33,769 nucleotides of DNA from a virus (Duplodnaviria; Caudoviricetes): positions 1 through 33,769 of IMG/VR virus record IMGVR_UViG_3300017913_002605; one strand, written 5' to 3'. Positions 25,852 to 33,769 of the stretch are shown here, piece after piece (the first letter of the stretch is position 1; each line of letters begins with the position of its first letter). The notes below the pieces were generated by a model. It saw only the letters and a program-made list of their open reading frames with translations, had not been told where the DNA came from and ran no database searches. Made by a program: the position numbers and the translations under genes.

Positions 25852-26460
25852 TTATTTTTTCTTATGTACTTCTATTCTTGCATTCTCAGGAATGTCAATC
25901 TTGATAGCATCGTGCTTATGATGTAACACCCATTCAATATCTTTAAACTCTTTGAACATATGAGTCCAGATTGGTCTCCAGTTATTAGACAATCTGTTAT
26001 TGTTCATGTTCCCTCTATCTGATTTAAGAACCAGATCAGTATAAGAACGAAGATTAAAATCAAAGATGGAATCAAAGCCCCAAAGGTGAATCCTGTCTGG
26101 CTTAAGACGCCTAGCTGCGTAATAACTAGCCATGTGGCCACAATTAAAGTCTGTATAGTTAGCTGCATATTTTGGTTTCTCTGTAAAGAATTCTTTGATA
26201 CGTGGAGCAATCTTCATATGAAACTGAGGATTCTTATCACAATACATCTTAGGACGAATACCACAGATCCATTCACCAGGAGGATTAATCTCTCCTTTAT
26301 GAATCGTAGCAAACATCTTAAAGTCTACAATTGCTGTTGCATACATGTCATATATTTCAAAAGGTGGTACGTTACAAGTAATCTTCAAACCTTTGCGAGG
26401 TTCTTGTTGATACCAAGCAGCATTATCACCATTGCCTATAATATGTACAGCTTTTGCCAT
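25852..26460 (-). CDS. Putative Maf/CstII-like (DUF115-type) sugar transferase-fold protein
   Basis: 'VHIIGNG', 'ITCN', 'NCGHMA', 'IHLWGFD' pattern; last gene of the sugar cluster. Confidence 0.5.
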   Translation of the reverse strand: MAKAVHIIGNGDNAAWYQQEPRKGLKITCNVPPFEIYDMYATAIVDFKMFATIHKGEINPPGEWICGIRPKMYCDKNPQFHMKIAPRIKEFFTEKPKYAANYTDFNCGHMASYYAARRLKPDRIHLWGFDSIFDFNLRSYTDLVLKSDRGNMNNNRLSNNWRPIWTHMFKEFKDIEWVLHHKHDAIKIDIPENARIEVHKKK

Positions 26461-27122
26461 TACAACATACTCCTAATCTTATCTTTACCTTTCTTACCAG
26501 TCCAATGCATTAGCTTAACCTTACCATCATAGTTATCTACTTCAACATCCAGCCTTAACACATTATATGGTTTTGGTAAAGTATGTATAGATCCAATACG
26601 AGTGATGGGATTCAACATAGCGTGAAGTGTTTCTTGATCTCCACCTTTGTTACCTCTACCACATTCTTGAGCCCATTTCTTTAGTATCAGTGGTTTATGT
26701 ATAACTCCTACTACTCCAGAGTTATGCCAAGTCTCTCCACTTCTCTTTGTCCACGGAGTATCCTCAACCATGTTTAATCTATTTGGTTCAAGGTGATCAA
26801 ATATATCATCTACATTTGCTTTTACTTCAATATCAAGATCAAGCCATACCATTTTTTCTGCAGGAGCAAACCACATAGCTTCTGGTTTCATGAACCAAGT
26901 CTTGTGGGCAGGGTTCTTTGGAATCATCTCCATACGACCACAGAATATATCACTAGCATCCACTACTCGTTTCATAGAGTCTGATATACCAAAGTCAGCA
27001 AATATAATTTTAGTCTCATGGCTATGATAACGGAAGTTCTTCATAAACCATTTCAGTAACCATTCTTGACCTTCATCACATCCAGTAACAAAAGCCTTTG
27101 GAAATACTTTTCTCTTAGACAT
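26460..27122 (-). CDS. GT-A glycosyltransferase, GT8-like
   Basis: 'WLDLD' DxD, 'HNSGV', 'GDQETL', 'HWTGKKGK'. Confidence 0.8.
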   Translation of the reverse strand: MSKRKVFPKAFVTGCDEGQEWLLKWFMKNFRYHSHETKIIFADFGISDSMKRVVDASDIFCGRMEMIPKNPAHKTWFMKPEAMWFAPAEKMVWLDLDIEVKANVDDIFDHLEPNRLNMVEDTPWTKRSGETWHNSGVVGVIHKPLILKKWAQECGRGNKGGDQETLHAMLNPITRIGSIHTLPKPYNVLRLDVEVDNYDGKVKLMHWTGKKGKDKIRSML

Positions 27123-27765
27123 GCTCTAACCTATATGTTTCATTATATGAGTGCTTAGCTAAACAACCTCGATCGTTTTGAATCGTACTAAAATTATCTC
27201 TAGCTTCTACTGGCCATGGATAATATTCTTGTAACCAAGGGAAAGTATCTGTATTCAAAAATACGTCGGTTGGCTTAGCATATCCTCTTTGTGCACTCTC
27301 AATTAGTAACCAAGCTCCAGATGGCTTAACCATATATGCATGTGCACCACCAAAGTATCTTTTATGAGTGAGAGGATTAACACCAATTGATTCTGGAGTA
27401 TTAAACTTACCATATGATGGTTTACCCACAGTCATTACATGCATGAAGTCTACAGGAGGGACTTCACCAACAAAGTATGCATCATGTTCTAAGATTAGAA
27501 ATGGCTCATTACTAACAGCACATTTTTCCCACAAACTAAAATGTGAGCTGAATGCTGCCATACAATTTTCATGACGGGAATAAACCTCTTCAAAGTGACT
27601 ACTGTCAATTCCTCTGCTTGCCAAGAACTCAGCTGGTTTATCACTAGGAGTCATCGCTTGATGTTTCTCAACTTCAATGTCATACATCTTTGCAGACTTG
27701 ATACAACGATTAGCTGCTTGAACAGACTTCTCGTTATTCATAATTGTAATCACATAGGCTTGCAT
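27115..27765 (-). CDS. Glycosyltransferase, GT25-like
   Basis: 'AYVITI', 'SSHFSLWEKC', 'LILEHDA', 'GAHAYMVKPSGA'. Confidence 0.8.
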   Translation of the reverse strand: MQAYVITIMNNEKSVQAANRCIKSAKMYDIEVEKHQAMTPSDKPAEFLASRGIDSSHFEEVYSRHENCMAAFSSHFSLWEKCAVSNEPFLILEHDAYFVGEVPPVDFMHVMTVGKPSYGKFNTPESIGVNPLTHKRYFGGAHAYMVKPSGAWLLIESAQRGYAKPTDVFLNTDTFPWLQEYYPWPVEARDNFSTIQNDRGCLAKHSYNETYRLEHV

Positions 27766-27768
27766 AAT

Positions 27769-28464
27769 TTAATCCGTAGTTGTTGATGGCAGTCCTTGAA
27801 CTTTAGTATAGAACTCTCTTGTTACACCCATTCTTGGTACCAGCTGTTTACACATCAGGGCATCGTTAGGCCATGCACCATATTGTTCAGCAGCATCCAA
27901 TACATTCTTAGCTCCAGCTGGTTTAATTATATATGCACTATTTCCAGCAAGGCCTTGAGGCACATTAAACTCATCAATATCAGGTATTGGTTGTATCTCT
28001 TGTGGATGTTCTTTAATCAGATCATGAAACACTCTAGCTTTACGTGTAGCCATCAATGGGTTGTTGATACCTATTATATCATATTTTGAATCTAAAATAT
28101 ACTGGTAATCTAACTTTTGTACAAATTGTGCATCATGTTCTAATACCAATATTGGCTCATTAGTGCTTACTGCTTTATGCCATAATCGATAATGACTCAT
28201 GAAACACGCAATACGTCTCTCTTTGTAACGAGTGGGATAAGCCTTGAGAGTCAGGCCAGATGCAAAGTCAATTGATTGACCTTCCCAAGGATAACTCCAC
28301 TTGAGACCAGCACCATGCAAAGTTATATTTGCAAACTCCTGAGTAGTTGCATCAAGTCTCTCTATATTGAAACTATTTTTAACTTTAGTTGAAGATTCTC
28401 TCAAGGTCTTGTAAGCATTTTCCGATACCTCATTATCCTTGATTACAATTGCATATGCTTTCAT
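27769..28464 (-). CDS. Glycosyltransferase, GT25-like
   Basis: 'ACFMSHYRLW', 'LVLEHDA', 'GNSAYIIKPAGA', 'PND'. Confidence 0.8.
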   Translation of the reverse strand: MKAYAIVIKDNEVSENAYKTLRESSTKVKNSFNIERLDATTQEFANITLHGAGLKWSYPWEGQSIDFASGLTLKAYPTRYKERRIACFMSHYRLWHKAVSTNEPILVLEHDAQFVQKLDYQYILDSKYDIIGINNPLMATRKARVFHDLIKEHPQEIQPIPDIDEFNVPQGLAGNSAYIIKPAGAKNVLDAAEQYGAWPNDALMCKQLVPRMGVTREFYTKVQGLPSTTTD

Positions 28465-29051
28465 GACTTCTTCAGTACAGTATATCCTACATTTGTTTTA
28501 CCACGTTCAATAATACTCCACCCTTTATTATTCTCACAGAAATCAGATAGACAACGATACAGAGCATCTTTAGGATTATCTTGGCAGATTGTAGTATCAT
28601 GAGCAATGATATACTTTTTGACAGAGCTTGCGTGTAAGGCAAGTTCTTGTTCCATATGCGAGCGTTTATGTAATGAATCAATCATAAGCATATCAACATC
28701 TCTACCACTCATAGAATTGAACGAGGTTGAATCAGCCTCTTTCACTACAAGTTCGATACCATGCTCTTTACAATATGGTTCAGCAAGAGACTTTAGTTTC
28801 CATCTGTATTTGTAGTGATCAATATCAATCAGTTCCATATATTCAGGCTTATGTTCACCTGACATTACAGCTGCAGCAGATGCTCCTTGATGTGTACCAA
28901 GCTCTTTATATGACTTACAGTCTTTCATATACTTACGGATTGCATCATGCATAGCACAATAGTCTTCGCCATGATATTCTTCTTGTTGTGAACGAATGTC
29001 TGTATAAAACTCCTCAACACTCTTCACATGCTTCATATCAGCCGTCAGCAT
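28461..29051 (-). CDS. Class I SAM-dependent methyltransferase (Methyltransf_24-like)
   Basis: 'ELGTHQGAS', 'DMLMIDSLH', 'YIIAHDT'. Confidence 0.75.
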   Translation of the reverse strand: MLTADMKHVKSVEEFYTDIRSQQEEYHGEDYCAMHDAIRKYMKDCKSYKELGTHQGASAAAVMSGEHKPEYMELIDIDHYKYRWKLKSLAEPYCKEHGIELVVKEADSTSFNSMSGRDVDMLMIDSLHKRSHMEQELALHASSVKKYIIAHDTTICQDNPKDALYRCLSDFCENNKGWSIIERGKTNVGYTVLKKS

Positions 29052-29874
29052 TTAACCTCCATTCACTTACAGGTAAGTTTGTTATTCTATGTAGTTTATC
29101 ATAATCCCAATCATCAGCACCACGTAACTGAATATGAACAAACTTAGTATCTTCATTACGATAATCTGTCACAGGTCTATTATCACCAGACGTACCAGGT
29201 TTATAATGTACATAGTGATTCCATCCTGGATGCATTTCTGTCCAATCAAAACCAGCTACTTCTAACATAGCATGTAGATAAGGTTGATCACACATATAGA
29301 ACCAAGGGAGTGGAGGATTAATTGATCTTGTTAGTGCAACATATTCTTCAAACTTCACAAAGTTTTCACGGGCATGAGCTCTACCTTCTTTTGTCCAAAG
29401 TACCACACCAGAGTTGTATACTTTTGGTAGACCTGACTCTGTACGAGGCATATCAACTTTATACACTTGTTTGAGAAGTGCGCACCATCTTTCATCATTA
29501 GCATTATTAATAATACCAGATATTGCTTGATTCTTTCTGAGCTCGGGCTGAAGACCTTCTGTACAGATACCTACATGGCCAACATCTAAATCAAAGATAT
29601 TCTCTTGTAAGTTGTCGACGACCATTATATCTTGATCAACAAAGAGAATCTTATCATACTGCTCAAAGTACTCATCATAGATAATCTTGAAACATCCATA
29701 GTGTGGAGAATACTTTCCAAAGTCTTGACCATATGTTCCTCTAAGCCAATTAGGATCTTGTTCAAATAAATGCTCAGCGCCCATACGCTCAGCATATTCT
29801 TTCATAGATCTAACTGACGCTCGTGTGCCTGGAAGGTCTGGTCCATCAAAGTATTGATAGATTAAGTTTTTCAT
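29038..29874 (-). CDS. GT-A glycosyltransferase, GT8-like
   Basis: 'ILFVDQD', 'YNSGVVL', 'DQPYL', 'WN', 'FVH'. Confidence 0.8.
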   Translation of the reverse strand: MKNLIYQYFDGPDLPGTRASVRSMKEYAERMGAEHLFEQDPNWLRGTYGQDFGKYSPHYGCFKIIYDEYFEQYDKILFVDQDIMVVDNLQENIFDLDVGHVGICTEGLQPELRKNQAISGIINNANDERWCALLKQVYKVDMPRTESGLPKVYNSGVVLWTKEGRAHARENFVKFEEYVALTRSINPPLPWFYMCDQPYLHAMLEVAGFDWTEMHPGWNHYVHYKPGTSGDNRPVTDYRNEDTKFVHIQLRGADDWDYDKLHRITNLPVSEWRLNADG

Positions 29875-30812
29875 TTATAATAATCCTTATACCATTCTAC
29901 AAAGTTCTTCACGCCAACGTCAATAGGAGTTGATGGCTTGTATCCAACCATCTGCTCTAACTTAGTTACGTCAGACCATGTCTCAAGAGCATCTGCTGGA
30001 TGTCTTGGTTTGAATTCCATTTCTGCTTCTTTACCAAGATTCTTCTTGATAAGATATATGAAGTCCATAAGATCAACTTGTTTGCCATAACCAATACAGA
30101 AAGTTTCTCTTTCAAACTCATGCTGCGACACAAGTTCAATACCTTGAACAATATCATCAACGTAAGTAAAGTCACGTTTCATTTGTCCATTATTATACAC
30201 AGTTATTGGCTTATCGGCAAGGATATTTTTTGTAAAAGTAAACAGAGCCATGTCTGGTCTGCCCCATGGTCCATATACTGTAAAGAACCTTAAGCAAACA
30301 GCTGACTTAATATTTGAGATATGAAACTGATCTTCGTTTGTAGCTTTTGTTAATCCATATGGATTGAGCTGTTTACCCAACTTCTCATCAGGTCCCCATG
30401 GCAAAGGATTACCTTCCATAGCACATGATGTAGATGCATAGATTACTTTATTGACCCCAAACCGTTCCATGGTATCAATTAAGATCTGTGTACCTGCAAT
30501 GTTGTTCTGAATATATTCATACTGCCTATTCATTGACGTACGAACACCAGCATGTGCTGCTAGGTGAATTACAAGATCTGGAATGTCATATCCAATTGTC
30601 TGTCCCATACTAAAACTATCGCATAAGTCAATATCATGTATCTTGATACCACACATATCCTCTAGTTCTTTTGCTCGAGCATGTTTCAATTCTGCATCAT
30701 AGATGATACTATTGAAGTCATCTATGCCATATACTTCATGTCCAAGTGAGTGAAACTTTAGAGCTGTGTGAAAGCCAATAAATCCTGCACAGCCCGTAAT
30801 AAGAACTTTCAT
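29871..30812 (-). CDS. NAD-dependent nucleotide-sugar epimerase (UDP-glucuronate 4-epimerase-like)
   Basis: 'TGCAGFIG', 'HLAAHAGVR', YxxxK 'YGLTK', 'RFFTVYGPWGRPDMA', 'RDFTYVDDI'. Confidence 0.92.
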   Translation of the reverse strand: MKVLITGCAGFIGFHTALKFHSLGHEVYGIDDFNSIIYDAELKHARAKELEDMCGIKIHDIDLCDSFSMGQTIGYDIPDLVIHLAAHAGVRTSMNRQYEYIQNNIAGTQILIDTMERFGVNKVIYASTSCAMEGNPLPWGPDEKLGKQLNPYGLTKATNEDQFHISNIKSAVCLRFFTVYGPWGRPDMALFTFTKNILADKPITVYNNGQMKRDFTYVDDIVQGIELVSQHEFERETFCIGYGKQVDLMDFIYLIKKNLGKEAEMEFKPRHPADALETWSDVTKLEQMVGYKPSTPIDVGVKNFVEWYKDYYK

Positions 30813-31477
30813 TATAAGATTCCTTGATCTACAAGAGCCTGATAGTTTTCTATCTTTTCACGTTTAGGACCTTGCGGTGTTACTTTTGTTCTAATATGTA
30901 TAAAGCCTGCTTCAGATGGGTTTGGTAGAAAAGAACACTGACACCATTTACGGTTCATATATGGTGTGTCATATTGGAACTTTGTCTTAACTGCAAGCAC
31001 ATGCATGATGCCTTCATCTTCAAAAGTATATGGAGCATTGAATGGATCCATCCAAGACTCATCACCACCTAAACCTTTACGGAGATGTTGACGAGTATCC
31101 CTATCCATAAGATAGATTGCACCACCCCAATATGGAACGGTAATACTTGCATCAGGACTTACTTTTGCAATCTTTCTATGTAACATCTTCTGTACATCAG
31201 CATACAATCCAATACCTCTACGATCAAAGATATTGTCTTTGTTCTGCTTTGGAGAGAACATATCAATGTCAAGCATGAGCACTTTGTCATACTCATCAAA
31301 CTCTTCATCAATCATATGTACTTTCTGACAAGGTGATGTTAAATGTTCACGAAAAGGCTTTCCAGTAATCAAACGATACTCAGCACCATGCTGCTTTGCA
31401 TACTGTTGTATGTTTGCCATGGAAAGTTTATCTAACTCTCTCAGCTCACCATCAAAGTGCTGAAGTATTATATTCAT
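30812..31477 (-). CDS. GT-A glycosyltransferase
   Basis: 'YDKVLMLDID', 'WGG', 'EDEG', 'FIH'; layout parallels the other GT8-like ORFs. Confidence 0.7.
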   Translation of the reverse strand: MNIILQHFDGELRELDKLSMANIQQYAKQHGAEYRLITGKPFREHLTSPCQKVHMIDEEFDEYDKVLMLDIDMFSPKQNKDNIFDRRGIGLYADVQKMLHRKIAKVSPDASITVPYWGGAIYLMDRDTRQHLRKGLGGDESWMDPFNAPYTFEDEGIMHVLAVKTKFQYDTPYMNRKWCQCSFLPNPSEAGFIHIRTKVTPQGPKREKIENYQALVDQGIL

Positions 31478-32160
31478 TTAGTTCCCCAGAAATGCCAATG
31501 AGACATTTGCATAGGACTTTTAGATGTTGTCCAATTGAATTCATCGTGCTTTTTACGTATCTTCATAAAATACTTTACATTATCTATACCATCAATAATA
31601 TGGTTATGAGCAACAAACACTTTACCAAAGTAATTCCATGGAATCTTTTCTCTATCTGATAGAGGCATTTCGTTGATGCTATGAGTTGCAATCATAAGAC
31701 TACTAGCCCTTGGTATAATGTCATCAAGACCACCAAAGTCTACGTCTGTAACACCAGCTTCTTTTAACCACGTTCGTTGAATCTCATGCATGATAGGAAA
31801 ATCAATACATGTATACTTACCTGTGTATCCATTCTGCCTCAACAACCAAGCTAGGTTTCCATACCCAGATCCAACATCCCAGATTTCATCAATGCCGTCC
31901 AAAAGATTATTATCTTTTAATATACGGATATACATTGTAGACTGCAATGTAATTAAACTATAATCACCTGTTAAGTATGGATTACCAAACTTTGGATCTG
32001 GTCTAATGATATCATCACTAGCATATTTGAATGCATACCTTTGAGCAGTACTTAGTAGATTTGGATGTACTGTTTCCGATATATGCTTTTGTCTTAGAAA
32101 ATTATCTCGGTGTGTCCATTCACCTTGTATGCTCGCAAGCATATCATCCCATAAACTCAT
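31474..32160 (-). CDS. Putative sugar O-methyltransferase
   Basis: SAM motif 'DVGSGYGNL', 'IDFP....IQ', 'IATHSINEMP..DR'. Confidence 0.7.
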   Translation of the reverse strand: MSLWDDMLASIQGEWTHRDNFLRQKHISETVHPNLLSTAQRYAFKYASDDIIRPDPKFGNPYLTGDYSLITLQSTMYIRILKDNNLLDGIDEIWDVGSGYGNLAWLLRQNGYTGKYTCIDFPIMHEIQRTWLKEAGVTDVDFGGLDDIIPRASSLMIATHSINEMPLSDREKIPWNYFGKVFVAHNHIIDGIDNVKYFMKIRKKHDEFNWTTSKSPMQMSHWHFWGTK

Positions 32161-32936
32161 GTAACCTTACTCATCAAATTTTGTACATCTTCACCTCTAT
32201 TTGGAAGTTTATCTTTCAAAAAGAAGTGTACGAAGTATGCATGTTTAATATCTTCAACAGCAGTATACAAAGCATTCCACTTATAATCAAGATGCTGTAG
32301 TTTCATCTTTTCATTACGAACCCAATAGTTCAATAAAGTTTGATCTGTTGACCACTTCCATGGTCCCATGCCATCTACAAAGTCTTTGAACTCTGGTCTT
32401 TGAATAAACTCCTTACCACTATCACCACGAAGATATTTAGTAATGCTTTTATTCATCAGCATTAGACCCATATTGAAGAACTGACCGCCTTTTGAATTGA
32501 AGTCCCAATCAATATTCTTCAACTGGCCATATTGCATTTGTGTATAGTTTCTGAGCTTGCCTGCATACCAAGGTAAGATAGGACCTTCACGTTCTACCAT
32601 ACCAGCAAAGTCAGTATCTTCATTCAACTCATCAAATATATTTGGTGATCCAGGACGGATCCAGATATCAGCATCAACAATACAGATCTGATCATACTTG
32701 TCCCAATAATCAAACGCATTCTCTTTTTCATAGATAGGCAAGAAGCCCCCATACTTCTCATAGGACTCCTTGCTTCTATTTGTTCTGAATACATCTGGTT
32801 TGATACGCATCTTAGGCGTACGTTGTACTATATGATCAATATTATACTGTGCACAATATTCTTTTACTGATTCTATACAATGGTCATATAATTTAGAAGG
32901 CTTACCTGTGTAAACCTGATATATCATTCGATTCAT
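32157..32936 (-). CDS. GT-A glycosyltransferase, GT8-like
   Basis: 'IVDADI', 'FNMGLM', 'TDQTLLN', 'KWNAL', 'FVHFF'. Confidence 0.8.
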   Translation of the reverse strand: MNRMIYQVYTGKPSKLYDHCIESVKEYCAQYNIDHIVQRTPKMRIKPDVFRTNRSKESYEKYGGFLPIYEKENAFDYWDKYDQICIVDADIWIRPGSPNIFDELNEDTDFAGMVEREGPILPWYAGKLRNYTQMQYGQLKNIDWDFNSKGGQFFNMGLMLMNKSITKYLRGDSGKEFIQRPEFKDFVDGMGPWKWSTDQTLLNYWVRNEKMKLQHLDYKWNALYTAVEDIKHAYFVHFFLKDKLPNRGEDVQNLMSKVT

Positions 32937-33289
32937 TATTTGTCTTTCGCGTTTGTCCTAGCTTTCTGATAGGCTTGTGCACCAAAGAATGCACCGACTA
33001 GTGCTGATACTGATACAAAATAAGTTGGTGCAATATCAGCTAAGAGCTGACCGGTTGACTCAAAGCTGAACGGAAGAATGTCTGTAACTACAATTCCAAT
33101 TGGATATAATAACATTCCCCAAAGAGCAAACCATGCCATGCGGCGGATTTGATCTTCTTTTTTATCTTCGTTCTCTGCTCTCATCATTTCTTTTTCAAGT
33201 TCAAACTCTTCGTCAGTTACAATTCCATCACCATCAAGATCGTAGTGCTCATACTTCGATCCCGATTCTAGTTTCTTTTGCGCATTCAT
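32936..33289 (-). CDS. Small membrane protein with an EF-hand-like loop
   Basis: 'DLDGDGIVTDEE' followed by two hydrophobic helices and a basic tail. Confidence 0.7.
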   Translation of the reverse strand: MNAQKKLESGSKYEHYDLDGDGIVTDEEFELEKEMMRAENEDKKEDQIRRMAWFALWGMLLYPIGIVVTDILPFSFESTGQLLADIAPTYFVSVSALVGAFFGAQAYQKARTNAKDK

Positions 33290-33500
33290 CTGAATACTCC
33301 TTAATAGTCTGAGCTATTTCAGTTGCCATAGCAAAACCATTACGAAGTGAGTTCGATCTATGACCGTTCTCCACAAACCACTCAATAGTATCTATACAAG
33401 AACCATCTGGCATATTATACTCTTTAGTAACCTCTTCAAACTCAGTCCGAAGATTCATAATTTGCATAAACGTCATCCATCCATCCTCACAGTTAGACAA
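33249..33500 (-). CDS. Hypothetical protein (start uncertain)
   Basis: 83-aa ORF in operon orientation; may start at an internal Met. Confidence 0.55.
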   Translation of the reverse strand: MSNCEDGWMTFMQIMNLRTEFEEVTKEYNMPDGSCIDTIEWFVENGHRSNSLRNGFAMATEIAQTIKEYSDECAKETRIGIEV

Positions 33501-33769
33501 TCTTGAAGTTGTTCAAAAAGATACTCTTCAATATCATCCTCGTTACATTGAAAGCGAATACCAAGCCCACCAGCTTGTTCCCAGCGGTAGATATTCTCAG
33601 GCTTATCATCAATCAAAATGTTAGGTCTGCCATCAATAGGACTCATGGCGTACTTGTGTTTGTTTGATGTAAAGATACAGTTACAAACTTCTGGCATGAA
33701 GTTCATACGCTCTAACCATACACGTTTGTGGTATATAGAGTTTGTCTCATCACCACGCATAGGAGATGA
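33473..33769 (-). CDS. 5'(3')-deoxyribonucleotidase-like HAD protein (partial, begins beyond the window)
   Basis: 'SSPMRGD...K..WL' and 'NILIDDKPENI..W..AGG.GI'; frame stays open to the window edge. Confidence 0.75.
   Translation of the reverse strand, partial: SSPMRGDETNSIYHKRVWLERMNFMPEVCNCIFTSNKHKYAMSPIDGRPNILIDDKPENIYRWEQAGGLGIRFQCNEDDIEEYLFEQLQDCLTVRMDG

Noticed and set aside
1-33769. CRISPR arrays, introns, inteins, rRNA, recoded stop codons
   Set aside because: No spaced direct repeats noticed, core genes are of ordinary length, and ORFs tile the window under the standard code. Inspection was by eye only.

Overview
Window from an AT-rich T4-like myovirus genome. Gene order and sequences resemble marine T4-like phages, but the host cannot be determined from this sequence. 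1-20.3 kb is a baseplate/tail module: partial DUF4815-type structural protein, gp8, a chaperone-bearing tail fibre, a short gp7-like protein, gp6, gp25, gp5 functions spread over three ORFs, a gp27-like hub, gp53, gp48, then divergently gp4, gp2, a gp54/gp19-like protein, gp26, gp51-like and a probable tape measure. 20.3-25.8 kb holds gp32, gp33 and small early genes behind sigma70-type promoters, plus a ~270-nt structured non-coding island. 25.85-32.9 kb is a 10-gene sugar-modification cluster (glycosyltransferases, methyltransferases, epimerase). Most notable: (1) a late-promoter-driven ~155-nt structured RNA with a possible kissing loop, next to a hairpin antisense to a Shine-Dalgarno/start-codon region; (2) Asp-Ser enrichment in outer virion proteins alongside the glycosyltransferase cluster, suggesting virion O-glycosylation; (3) a probable -1 frameshift fusing gp26 and gp51-like ORFs; (4) a 21-aa N-terminal peptide shared by two unrelated tail proteins; (5) apparently catalytically dead cell-wall hydrolase domains in the split gp5 locus. 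All family assignments are by motif recognition and synteny; no database search was run.
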